64,000 nucleotides of DNA from Candidatus Heimdallarchaeota archaeon (GTDB taxonomy: Archaea; Asgardarchaeota; Heimdallarchaeia; Hodarchaeales; Hodarchaeaceae): assembly GCA_020353515.1 (NCBI GenBank), contig CP070695.1, positions 2,738,155 through 2,802,154 on the forward strand. The letters run 5' to 3'. The notes under the pieces were generated by a model. It saw only the letters and a program-made list of their open reading frames with translations. It had not been told where the DNA came from and searched no databases. The translations under genes and the position numbers were made by a program. The stretch's first letter is position 1. Each line of letters starts with the position of its first letter. Of the stretch, positions 1 through 9,183 are shown one piece after another.

Positions 1-131
1 TGGCTAAAAGACCAGATAGATCAGAAGTTTTCCTAGTCATTAAGATTACTGTTGCTGGAATGGCAATTCTTGGACTTATTGCATATGTGATTCGATTTGT
101 ACTTGCTGCTGTATTACAACAAGAAATGTAA
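1..131 (+). CDS. secE: Protein translocase subunit SecE/Sec61-gamma (5'-truncated by window edge)
   Basis: Frame 3 reads AKRPDRSEVFLVIKITVAGMAILGLIAYVIRFVLAAVLQQEM*; KxP..E motif plus one TM helix; directly upstream of spt5 as in the canonical order; not in ORF track. Confidence 0.88.
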   Translation, partial: AKRPDRSEVFLVIKITVAGMAILGLIAYVIRFVLAAVLQQEM

Positions 132-160
132 TCATCAATCCTTACAGTGTATTCTAGAAT

Positions 161-643
161 GTGATCAGATTGCTTGAAAAAGTTGGGATATATTGCTTCA
201 AGGTGAAGAAGGGACAAGAATTCAATGCAGCTGAAGCTGTTGCAAACCGTGCAGAGATTAATCAACTTGATATTAAAACAGTTTTAGTAACGGAGATACA
301 AGGCTACATTTTTATCGAAGGAGATGTTCAAGACATTACTCGTGCTGTTGATAGTGCTCATTACATTGGAAAACAATTAGGTCGGGTTCCAGTTTCAGAA
401 TTGGAAGGACACCTTATACCGACACCTGTAATCGAAGGGTTGAAAACAAATGATATTGTTGAGATCATTGATGGCCCATTCAAAGGTAGTCGGGCAAAAA
501 TTTCCTCAATATACCACGCCCGAGAAGAAATTACTGTCGATCTACTTACTAGCAGTGTTACTATCCCAATTGTCCTTCATGCTGATTCAGTAAAACTTAT
601 ACAACCCAGTGAGGAAGAACAGGACGAGGATAGTGAGTTTTAA
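161..643 (+). CDS. spt5: Transcription elongation factor Spt5/NusG
   Basis: NGN domain (GQE, GYIFIE) and KOW motif (VEIIDGPFKG). Confidence 0.95.
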   Translation: MIRLLEKVGIYCFKVKKGQEFNAAEAVANRAEINQLDIKTVLVTEIQGYIFIEGDVQDITRAVDSAHYIGKQLGRVPVSELEGHLIPTPVIEGLKTNDIVEIIDGPFKGSRAKISSIYHAREEITVDLLTSSVTIPIVLHADSVKLIQPSEEEQDEDSEF

Positions 644-838
644 AATATTATTCTTAATAAGTCGAATAAACTAATTATAGAAAAAGATGTTTGATTGACT
701 ATTAGCCATAAGTTATTGATTTCAATTAATGATAATTAACATTACTTATTAATATTAAGAAAAAAAGCCCATTTGTCGAGTATAAAGCACAGGAGTGCGT
801 AGGCCGAAAGAAGTAACTGGGAAAAAGACAATTCAAAG

Positions 839-1747
839 GTGATCATAATGGCTATATCTGTAATCCGCTCAGAAACAAGACAAAAAAGGAAGAGGGGGCA
901 GATTGATACGATAGTTGACTTAACAGAACAGAACTCAGTTATTGGTCTGGTTAATCTAAGTGGAATAAGTTCAAAGGCCCTTCAAGGGATTCGTTCTTTA
1001 ATGCGATCTGGAGAAGTTGAAGCAATAATAAAAGTAGCTAAGAATACTATTAAAACATTAGCTCTGGAGAAAACCAATAAGAAAGATCTTGTTAAGCTTA
1101 TTCCCCATATAAACGGTTCTTGTGCCATAATTTTCACAAATACTAATCCTTTCAAGCTTCAAAAATTCCTGAATCGAAATCAAGTTCCTGCTCCTGCGAA
1201 AGCTGGTCAGATATCACCTGTTGATGTTTTTATTCCAGAAGGTCTAACAAATTTGGATCCTGGGCCTATTATAGGAGAACTCGGATCTGTTGGGTTACAA
1301 ACAAGAATTGAGAAAGGAAAGATTAGGATTTCAAAAACAGCTAAAGTTCTATCAAAAAATGATATCGTGACGGAAGCTCATGCAACAGTACTCGCTCGTT
1401 TAGGAATACAACCCTTTAAAGTAGGATTAAAGCTGAATACAGTAATAGAAAGTGGGGAGTTGATTGATGGAAGTGTTCTCGATATAGATGAGGATCAAAT
1501 TATCTCAGATTTGCAACAAGCTAGTTTAAATGCCTTGATATTAGCCGTTAATCCCAATATCGTGTATTATTCTGTCACAGCAACACCATTTCTGTTGAAA
1601 ACAGCCATTTCTCAAGCTATGGCATTATCTCTATCGTGTAATTATGTAACAGAAAAAACAGTGGATTTGATCTTGCTGAAAACTGTGAAACAAGCTGAAC
1701 TATTAAAAAAGGAAGCATTAAAAGAAAATTCAGAATTGAAGTTTTAA
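839..1747 (+). CDS. rpl10: 50S ribosomal protein uL10 (P0), lacking acidic C-terminal tail
   Basis: KVAKNT, PAPAKAGQISP, TNLDPGP, LARLGIQPF motifs. Confidence 0.93.
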   Translation: MIIMAISVIRSETRQKRKRGQIDTIVDLTEQNSVIGLVNLSGISSKALQGIRSLMRSGEVEAIIKVAKNTIKTLALEKTNKKDLVKLIPHINGSCAIIFTNTNPFKLQKFLNRNQVPAPAKAGQISPVDVFIPEGLTNLDPGPIIGELGSVGLQTRIEKGKIRISKTAKVLSKNDIVTEAHATVLARLGIQPFKVGLKLNTVIESGELIDGSVLDIDEDQIISDLQQASLNALILAVNPNIVYYSVTATPFLLKTAISQAMALSLSCNYVTEKTVDLILLKTVKQAELLKKEALKENSELKF

Positions 1748-1844
1748 TAAACCTAATGTAGAAGATTTGAAGCCAATAACTTTCAATACAATATTTACTT
1801 AATTATCTCTCATGAGACATTGGGGGGAATCAAAGTTTCTTACA

Positions 1845-2777
1845 CTAATTTTTTGACTTTATTAACTCATTAACATACTTTTCAGCTTGAAATAGTTCTA
1901 GATCTGTATATTTTTGGCCATTTCCAATGAAAAGAACGGGGACTCCATCAGTAGCGTAAGTTACGGATAATAAAGCTCCTCCACGAGCATCAGCGTCCAT
2001 TTTTGCAAGAATAATTCCATCTAGAGGGATTTCTTTATGAAAATCCTTTGCTTGTTCTGTTGCGTCATTTCCTGCTAAAGCGTCCACAACTAGTATCGTG
2101 TAATTTGGATTTGTGACACGATGAATCTTCTTCATTTCTTCCATTAAATCCCGATTTACAGCCATTCGGCCAGAAGTATCAATCATAACAACATCAGCAT
2201 ACTTCGCTTTTGCATGAGCAATTGCATCATAAGCTACAGCTGCAGAATCACTACCATATTTTCCTTTTATTAATTTAACACCAAGCCTATTTGCATGAAC
2301 CTCCAACTGTTCTTGTGCTCCTGAACGAAAAGTATCACTTGCAGCGAGAACTACATGGAATCCTTCTTTTTTCAATAGATAAGCTATTTTTGCTATTGTA
2401 GTTGTTTTGCCAGTGCCATTTATTCCTAGGAATAAGAGTATTAAAGGATCTTTTGAAGATATTTGAGTGGAAGACTTTTGGTGTTGGTTAATTATCTCGA
2501 CGAGATTCAAAGGTTCTTTAGGGGTAATAAGATCAAGAATGATCTCTTTTGCGAAGACAGGGATCATTTTTGAGAGATCGCTGAATCTTTTTGCACGTTT
2601 CCCGAGCATCTTATTAGTAAGTTTCTTTGAAATCTGTTTAGCTACTTTTAAGGAGACATCATTTGCTATCAATATTAATTCGAATTCTCGAACTGCTTTT
2701 CGGATATTTTTTTCATTGATTTCATACGTAGAAACTTTTCTGAGGAATTTTTCCACTCCTTTTTTTAAGGATGACAA
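1845..2777 (-). CDS. ftsY: SRP receptor FtsY (NG domain only)
   Basis: GINGTGKTTTIAK, DTFRSGAQEQL, DTSGR, KMDADARGG. Confidence 0.96.
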   Translation of the reverse strand: MSSLKKGVEKFLRKVSTYEINEKNIRKAVREFELILIANDVSLKVAKQISKKLTNKMLGKRAKRFSDLSKMIPVFAKEIILDLITPKEPLNLVEIINQHQKSSTQISSKDPLILLFLGINGTGKTTTIAKIAYLLKKEGFHVVLAASDTFRSGAQEQLEVHANRLGVKLIKGKYGSDSAAVAYDAIAHAKAKYADVVMIDTSGRMAVNRDLMEEMKKIHRVTNPNYTILVVDALAGNDATEQAKDFHKEIPLDGIILAKMDADARGGALLSVTYATDGVPVLFIGNGQKYTDLELFQAEKYVNELIKSKN

Positions 2778-2883
2778 TCTAAAAAAAAACCTCCAAAAAT
2801 AGACCGATCTGTTTTCTTACCAATAATTCTAACCTTAAGAAAGAAATTGATTTTTGATCTCTTTTAATGAAGTGTTCTTTTCA

Positions 2884-3327
2884 TCAGAAGAACTGATATT
2901 TTTGAGCGATCTTAAGTAGTTCTTGTCTTTCTGAGTTTAATTTTTGAGACAATTGAGAGTGTTGTTCTTGGAGTTGTTTCATACTATTCTCTAAATTTTC
3001 AATTTGAGATTTATTTCGTTCCTCCGAGTCTATCAATTCTGTGTGAAGTGTAATTCCTGACCCCAAAGATATATATGTCTTATGTGGATCTTTTATCATA
3101 CAAAGAATCAGATTAGAACCACCAATTGGGATTAAAATTTCATCTCCAGGTTTTTTCGTTTTAAGCTCGTTTTGTGTTTTTATTGCGTCATTTAGAGAAT
3201 TCATAGCTCTGTAAATAAGATTTACTTGTTGTTCTATTGCAGCAATGTTTGCCTGTAACTGGTCAATATTTTCTTGAAGTTCCCTTACACGTGATATCGC
3301 TTCATTAGGTATAGTTGATCCTGACAT
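2884..3327 (-). CDS. pfdA: Prefoldin alpha subunit
   Basis: Two coiled coils flanking EILIPIGG / ISLGSG hairpins; canonical position between eL20 and ftsY. Confidence 0.92.
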   Translation of the reverse strand: MSGSTIPNEAISRVRELQENIDQLQANIAAIEQQVNLIYRAMNSLNDAIKTQNELKTKKPGDEILIPIGGSNLILCMIKDPHKTYISLGSGITLHTELIDSEERNKSQIENLENSMKQLQEQHSQLSQKLNSERQELLKIAQKYQFF

Positions 3328-3330
3328 CCA

Positions 3331-3597
3331 TCAATCCTCATATGGAATCTTAAAATCAGTAGTTACAAGTTTTTGTACAAAGGGATCTGTAATATCTTCT
3401 TGGGAAATCTCATTAATTGAAGTGATTCGAATTTGGCCTCTTTTTAGCCGATTTCGGCTCCCAAACTCTGAAAAAAGTTTATCCTTAGCCTGTTCTTCTG
3501 TTAAAGCGCATAATTCTTTGGAAAAAGATGTCGTTTGCCGTCTTTGCTTGAAAAATCCCGAAATTCTAAAGATTTTAACAGATACTTCATTTTTCAT
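3331..3597 (-). CDS. rpl18a: 50S ribosomal protein eL20 (LX/L18a)
   Basis: KIFRISG, FSKEL.A, SEFGSRNRLKR..I.I. Confidence 0.92.
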   Translation of the reverse strand: MKNEVSVKIFRISGFFKQRRQTTSFSKELCALTEEQAKDKLFSEFGSRNRLKRGQIRITSINEISQEDITDPFVQKLVTTDFKIPYED

Positions 3598-3696
3598 GTT
3601 ATCTCTCTCTTTACTTGGATTGTGTTTTCAATTTATTTCGTTTTTTTCATTTCTTTAAATTAAATTCGTAGTTAATTCAAAATTTATTTTGATTCA

Positions 3697-4347
3697 TTAA
3701 GAGAAGCAGCGTGTTATTTCCATCGTTTCAATACCCGTTGTTTCCCGCCCAACCAATAACCCCTTAGTATTTCCAATTATTCCAGAGGCAACAAATTCAG
3801 AGCCCTTGTTAACGCTTCCTACCCCGACCTGCTGCAGATGGAGTATTTCCTTCATTTCAATTATTTCTTCTTCACTCGCAAGCGGTGTAAACAATCCTCC
3901 ATTATTTGTGACAAATGCAAGACTTCCAACTAAGTCTGAATTAGCAATTGTTCTTGCTTCTAGAGGAATATTCAAAGTGTCAGATATTGCTTTTTGTATT
4001 GGGAGGGGGACAATAGGAGAGATTAAACCACCAAAATCGTTAACAAGAACAACATTACCAAATGCAAAGAATTCCGAAGACTGGTAAATCGGAAGATCTG
4101 CTGATTTTAGTTCATTCAAAACCTCTGAACTAAGTACACTTGAAACAATGCTTCCAAAAGAATTTCCAACAGCTAAAGAACCAATGATACTATCTGAAAC
4201 TTGAGTAATTTCGACTTTCAAAGCCCTATGTACAAGATTTTGTAGATTTAATGGTGTATTGTGTGGAATAAACGCATTATTTTCTGTACATAGCATTTTG
4301 ACTCCAATATGAATACTACCAAGAAAGTCGACAAACTCAATTTCCAC
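3697..4347 (-). CDS. eif6: Translation initiation factor 6 (aIF6)
   Basis: IIGSLAVGNS, GNVVLVND, LVGS...TNNGG, GSVNKGS, TTGIE. Confidence 0.95.
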   Translation of the reverse strand: MEIEFVDFLGSIHIGVKMLCTENNAFIPHNTPLNLQNLVHRALKVEITQVSDSIIGSLAVGNSFGSIVSSVLSSEVLNELKSADLPIYQSSEFFAFGNVVLVNDFGGLISPIVPLPIQKAISDTLNIPLEARTIANSDLVGSLAFVTNNGGLFTPLASEEEIIEMKEILHLQQVGVGSVNKGSEFVASGIIGNTKGLLVGRETTGIETMEITRCFS

Positions 4348-4397
4348 GGTTTTAAAACTCCCAAAAATTAATTCAAGAATAGATGAAAAGCATTATT

Positions 4398-4679
4398 TCA
4401 TCCGAGATATACTGTTACAATATCATCTTCCGTTTTTACAGCTCGAATTCGAATTTTTCTGGGGGGATTTTGAATCCCTCTAGCCCATATATACTCATTC
4501 ACTTCAGGGTCGATGATGACATCTTCACAGCGAAGATGACGTTTAATAAAAGTTCTGAGATGCCGTACCGCTCTTGGAGTTCTTTTAGGACGAGGAATCC
4601 GTCGGCCATAAATCGTTTTACCAAAAGGAATCGTATAAATCCTTTCCTCGATTATTGAATCTGCTGGAGTTTCACTCAT
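4398..4679 (-). CDS. rpl31e: 50S ribosomal protein eL31
   Basis: ERIYTIP, KRTPRAV, NEYIWARGIQNPPRKIR. Confidence 0.96.
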   Translation of the reverse strand: MSETPADSIIEERIYTIPFGKTIYGRRIPRPKRTPRAVRHLRTFIKRHLRCEDVIIDPEVNEYIWARGIQNPPRKIRIRAVKTEDDIVTVYLG

Positions 4680-4696
4680 TTATTTTCCCTCTTTAT

Positions 4697-4852
4697 TTAA
4701 GGTTTTATTTTTGTAGATCGCCATCGTCGTTTTTTAGGATGAGTAGTCACTTTTCGGGATGTTTTCATAATTACCCATGTAGGAACAGTGGAATTTGAAG
4801 CTCCTTTCTTAGCAAGCCGTAATTTTTTCGCATAGGGCTTATTTCGCGCCAT
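4697..4852 (-). CDS. rpl39e: 50S ribosomal protein eL39 (51 aa, below ORF-track cutoff)
   Basis: Manual translation [51 protein letters not shown]; upstream of eL31. Confidence 0.95.
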   Translation of the reverse strand: MARNKPYAKKLRLAKKGASNSTVPTWVIMKTSRKVTTHPKKRRWRSTKIKP

Positions 4853-4864
4853 CTATTTATCTCC

Positions 4865-5524
4865 TTATGTTCTCTCTAGTCTTATAGAGGGACCCATTGT
4901 GGTTTTAAAATTAACAGAATTAATTTGAACGACTCCTTTTGGTAATGTTGCTGTTAATGTTTGTAATATAGTATTAGCGTTCTCTGCTAGGGCTTTGTTG
5001 TCATGATCAGCCTTTCCGATCTTTGTATTAATTACAGGGGTTGATTTTAATCTTAATTTCACTGTACGTTTGTATCTTTCAACGAACTTATCAATTTCAA
5101 CTCTTGGAGGTATTGGTTTAGGCATTTTTCCTCTTGGACCTAGTATTTTGCCAAGGAATTTCGCAACAATAGGCATAAGTTGGGGTTCTGCCAGGAAAAA
5201 TGAGAACTGATTAGCGATCTTCTTTGCATTCTTTGGTTCTTTAGCTAATCTTTCTATTTCTTCGCGACTAAAAGTCGTTAGACCAGAGTCCTTAGATTTA
5301 GTGGCAATATCTCCTTCTGCAAAAACGGCAACACTAGATTTGCCTCCCAAATCATTTGGAACTAAGGTTTCTAAATTGATTCTGTTTGCAGGATTCTTCA
5401 AATCAATATCACGCAAGCCAATTGAGATTTCGATAGTTTCGGTAAATTTTCTTTGTTTTCTCTCATTACTTTTAGTTTTGGCCTGAGATATTGCTTCTTC
5501 CAGTTGATTTGGTGTATAGGACAT
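4865..5524 (-). CDS. rpl1: 50S ribosomal protein uL1
   Basis: RKFTETIE, LGKILGPRGKMP, KTTMGPS. Confidence 0.96.
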   Translation of the reverse strand: MSYTPNQLEEAISQAKTKSNERKQRKFTETIEISIGLRDIDLKNPANRINLETLVPNDLGGKSSVAVFAEGDIATKSKDSGLTTFSREEIERLAKEPKNAKKIANQFSFFLAEPQLMPIVAKFLGKILGPRGKMPKPIPPRVEIDKFVERYKRTVKLRLKSTPVINTKIGKADHDNKALAENANTILQTLTATLPKGVVQINSVNFKTTMGPSIRLERT

Positions 5525-5946
5525 GGATAATTCCCTTTTAGAGTATTATTTAGACTTCTTTGATGTTTATAATCCAATACAAGGTTTTTTAGTATAGTTT
5601 TTTGTGTGTTTTGAGATAACCAATTAATTACTGTGGGAGAATTTTTTTCCCCAATCTACCCGTCTATAATTCCTAAATGTGAAGATCCTGTCCCTCTTGT
5701 GGGAGCTAGAATCATTAGAAATGCTGTATACTGAGATACAAACCAAAATTAAGGGTGAAAATATATACTTGAGCTAGTCCCAACATTCCTCGACCGCTTT
5801 TTCTATTGACTGGCAAAAGTATAAGGATAAATAGTTTTTCAATATATGGATCAAAATTCTTAATTCATAAATAAAATCTCCACCAATTAGTTAGTTTCAG
5901 GATAAATCTTATTTTAAAATTATTATTTCAACCAACAATTAATTGT

Positions 5947-6429
5947 GTGAACAAAATGGCTAAAACCATTGAAGCATTAGTAGACGCAGGACAAGCAAGT
6001 CCTGGTCCGCCTCTGGGACCTGCTTTAGGCCCTTTAGGTGTTAATATCAAAGCTGTCATTGATGAAATAAATAAAAAAACTCAACAGTTTAAAGGGATGA
6101 AAGTCCCTGTTAAGGTAGAGGTAGATGATTCACGAAACTTTTCTATAGAGGTAGGTGTTCCCCCTACATCTTCACTATTACTTAGGGAAGCAGGAGTGGA
6201 AAAAGGAAGTGGCACTCCAAATACTGAAAAAGTAGGAAATTTAACTTTTGATCAATGTATTAGAGTTGCCCAAATGAAACACGAATCCATGTTAGCGATA
6301 AATTTACGCTCTGCGGTGAAGGAGGTCGTAGGAACTTGTATATCAATGGGATTAACAATAGATAATGAGGATCCAAAAGTAATAATTGACTCTATCAATA
6401 AAGGAAGTTTCGATAATTTTTTTGAATAA
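5947..6429 (+). CDS. rpl11: 50S ribosomal protein uL11
   Basis: ASPGPPLGPALGPLG, GMKVPV, KEVVGTCISMG. Confidence 0.97.
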   Translation: MNKMAKTIEALVDAGQASPGPPLGPALGPLGVNIKAVIDEINKKTQQFKGMKVPVKVEVDDSRNFSIEVGVPPTSSLLLREAGVEKGSGTPNTEKVGNLTFDQCIRVAQMKHESMLAINLRSAVKEVVGTCISMGLTIDNEDPKVIIDSINKGSFDNFFE

Positions 6430-6431
6430 TT

Positions 6432-7622
6432 ATGCCTAATCATTCTATTGAATCAATCGTTGGAATTCATGGTTACATTACTCCTGAATTTAATGGAACA
6501 GGCGGTAAAATCAAACAACAAAATAAGGATTTCATTGTGCGAGAAATACCTCCCAGTGGAAAGCCTATTTTCGATGGTTCAGAAATTGGTGAGGATTTAG
6601 GGGGATTATACATTCATTGTGTTCTATGGAAAAGTGGCTTCGATACTTTTAGAGCAATAAATAAGTTAGGTAGTCTTTTAAGGATTGAAGAAAAGGATTT
6701 TGGTTTTGCTGGTTTAAAGGATGCAGCTGCTGAAACCTATCAGCGAATTTCAATCTGGAACATAGATATACACCTCATAGAAAGAATAGACTTGCCTAAG
6801 ATCAGATTATTTCATCCTATTCGACAAAAATTCGCTGTTAAAATTGGTGATCTCCTTGGGAATTACTTTAAGATCAAAATTCGAGATATTCAAAGAGAAT
6901 TGAGTGAGGATGACTTGGAAAACCTGAAACGAGGTTTGGAATTAAAGGGTGTATTAAATTTTTATGGACCCCAACGTTTTGGATCAACTCGTCCCATTCT
7001 CCACATAATAGGTAAACTTCTTCTTCAAAATAGGTATTCCGAAGCGATAGATAAATATTTAGGGGCAAAAAGTCCCTTAGAGAATGAAAAGATTGTAGAA
7101 CTACGACATGAATATTCTGATACTCAATCTTATAGAGAATTAATTGACAAATTCCCTATCTCGTATAGAATTGAAAAAATGTTACTAAAGGGTTTAGACA
7201 AAAATCGTTCATCGAAAAATATCGTATTAACTCTACCGAAACAATTTTTGAGGTTAGCTATCTCATCATATCAATCTTATCTTTTCAATAGAGTTTTAAG
7301 TTATCTCAATGAATCTGACTTTCCTCTTTCTAAAAAATTGGTAATTCCTTTACCCGGATATCAGACAGTTCGAAAACAAACAAGTGAGGAAATCTGGGAA
7401 AAACTAAACACTTTCTTGGAGGAAGATGCATTGGATTATCAAAGCTTTTATCACGAAGAAGCAATGTTACGTTCAAAAGGAACCTTGAGAAATGCCATTT
7501 TATTTCCTACCCAGTTTAATTATTCTCACTTGGATATCGATTGGATAGAAGTGATATTTTGTTTACCCAAAGGTTCTTACGGAACCTCAGTTATAAGAGA
7601 GATAACTAAAACAAATATCTAA
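6432..7622 (+). CDS. truD: tRNA pseudouridine(13) synthase TruD/Pus7
   Basis: DFIVRE, FAGLKD, LLGNYF, NFYGPQRFG, FCLPKGSYGT. Confidence 0.94.
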   Translation: MPNHSIESIVGIHGYITPEFNGTGGKIKQQNKDFIVREIPPSGKPIFDGSEIGEDLGGLYIHCVLWKSGFDTFRAINKLGSLLRIEEKDFGFAGLKDAAAETYQRISIWNIDIHLIERIDLPKIRLFHPIRQKFAVKIGDLLGNYFKIKIRDIQRELSEDDLENLKRGLELKGVLNFYGPQRFGSTRPILHIIGKLLLQNRYSEAIDKYLGAKSPLENEKIVELRHEYSDTQSYRELIDKFPISYRIEKMLLKGLDKNRSSKNIVLTLPKQFLRLAISSYQSYLFNRVLSYLNESDFPLSKKLVIPLPGYQTVRKQTSEEIWEKLNTFLEEDALDYQSFYHEEAMLRSKGTLRNAILFPTQFNYSHLDIDWIEVIFCLPKGSYGTSVIREITKTNI

Positions 7623-7637
7623 TGAGTTATGGAATAT

Positions 7638-8042
7638 TTATGGGTAAAAAATTCCATCCTCAACTTTTCCATTAAGTTCTCCCTGATTAATTAGGGTACT
7701 AATAGCTTTACCTACTGAATCGGCAGAAATTCCCGTAATTTCGATTTGATCAATAGGAGTTGGCTCTTGAACTAGATTGACTGCTTTTATCAACAACTCT
7801 TTTTTGGACATTCCAGAGCCAATCTCATCTCCCCGAATTTTTTTCAAAGAAGCCCGTACAGAAGCATTACACATTGGACAATGAAAGGAACCCATAATAG
7901 TTAAAGTAACTCGGCCCTCCTTATCAGGCATTGGACTAATCAGTTGCCATGTCTTTTCTGGAGGTGTTTCCGTAGGGTTTATTATGTGGCCACACTTTTT
8001 ACATGAAATTTTCTTTTTTCGTTTCGCACGAGGAGGGCTCAT
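7638..8042 (-). CDS. Hypothetical zinc-ribbon protein with C-terminal winged-helix-like segment
   Basis: CKKC...CPMC pairs; C-terminus ISTLINQGELNGKVEDG resembles a wHTH/PCI end. Confidence 0.6.
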   Translation of the reverse strand: MSPPRAKRKKKISCKKCGHIINPTETPPEKTWQLISPMPDKEGRVTLTIMGSFHCPMCNASVRASLKKIRGDEIGSGMSKKELLIKAVNLVQEPTPIDQIEITGISADSVGKAISTLINQGELNGKVEDGIFYP

Positions 8043-8090
8043 TGATTTTACCTTCTTCTTATAATTTTATTTTGTAAGATGATTTAGATA

Positions 8091-8309
8091 TTACAGATTA
8101 ATTGCTTGAATAGAGGTTTTTAGACATGCATGACAGATTTCTCCACCATAGGGTCGATCTGAATGTTTTCCACTCTTCGAAACTTTCATTGAATTTGTGT
8201 GCAATAGAGTACCACAAATCCTACAATGAGATTGGTACCTATTTTTCTTTACTTTGTGGATAAGTAACCGTCTCCCAGGACTTTTTTTCTTTCGAATATT
8301 TTTAGTCAT
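8091..8309 (-). CDS. rpl34e: 50S ribosomal protein eL34
   Basis: KSPG, C..CG..L, RPYGGEICHACL; follows DUF106 gene as in the canonical order. Confidence 0.9.
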   Translation of the reverse strand: MTKNIRKKKSPGRRLLIHKVKKNRYQSHCRICGTLLHTNSMKVSKSGKHSDRPYGGEICHACLKTSIQAINL

Positions 8310-8340
8310 TTAAATTAAACACCAATTTCTTTTATTTTTT

Positions 8341-8973
8341 TCAATCAGGTTGTAATCCTGCAACTTTTCGTAAAATGGAACCAAAAGCAAGGCTGCCACC
8401 GAAATACCACCATATATAATTAGGAATAAAGACTTTATCTTCTCCCCAACCAGGTACAACAGCCATCTTTCCAAGAGCAAAAAAATTAGGGAATGGAAAA
8501 TTCTCTGGGAGAGCGAAAGGTATTACTGCAGGGATATTTCCTTCAATAAATGCACCATTTTCGACTGAAAACCTAAAAAAACCTGATAGAACTATAAAGA
8601 AAAGTATCATTGGAAGAAACATTATCATCAAAGGTTTCATGTTCATCATTGTAAGTTCGGATTGTACTTTTCTCATTCTATCAGCATTTCTCTCATATTT
8701 CAGCTTTAGTTTACTATCAGCAGTTTTTATCATTTCCATGCGCAATTTATTATATTTTTTTGTTTCTCTTGTTAATCTTCTTAGTTTATCAACATCAATC
8801 ATTTTCCTCGAAACCAATGTGGACGTTAACGATACAAGGAATGCAACAAGCAATATAAATACCGATGAGAGAGGTGGTTTTGTTGGAATGACTCCAGTTA
8901 GATCCTGTAAAATAGCCATGGGTGTTGTAATGATATCAATCAAAAAAATAAAAATATCCTGAAGAATGAACAT
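8341..8973 (-). CDS. EMC3/TMCO1 (DUF106, Oxa1-superfamily) membrane insertase
   Basis: TM1, cytosolic coiled coil, MKPLMIMFLP TM2, IWWYF TM3; next to eL34. Confidence 0.9.
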   Translation of the reverse strand: MFILQDIFIFLIDIITTPMAILQDLTGVIPTKPPLSSVFILLVAFLVSLTSTLVSRKMIDVDKLRRLTRETKKYNKLRMEMIKTADSKLKLKYERNADRMRKVQSELTMMNMKPLMIMFLPMILFFIVLSGFFRFSVENGAFIEGNIPAVIPFALPENFPFPNFFALGKMAVVPGWGEDKVFIPNYIWWYFGGSLAFGSILRKVAGLQPD

Positions 8974-9183
8974 GATTTTTCCCTTTACAAGTACCTTGTG
9001 TTTCTCCTAAGTAATTAAAATTTTGGTTCTTCTAAGAGATACATTTTTTTGTTTGTTTTTTATTTGTCATGTAAATTCAATCTGCAATGCTTCCATTATC
9101 CTTTGGATGGAAGATTCAAATGATCTTGATTAAGAATCTTGATTCTTCATGATTGGAGAATCTGAGAGACATATGTGTTCATT

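Noticed and set aside
5700-5782. Possible stem TGGGAGCTAG / CTAGTCCCA between the L1 and L11 genes (L1-operator-like?)
   Set aside because: Only about 9 bp with a bulge over a long loop and far from the L11 start; cannot be distinguished from chance without comparative data
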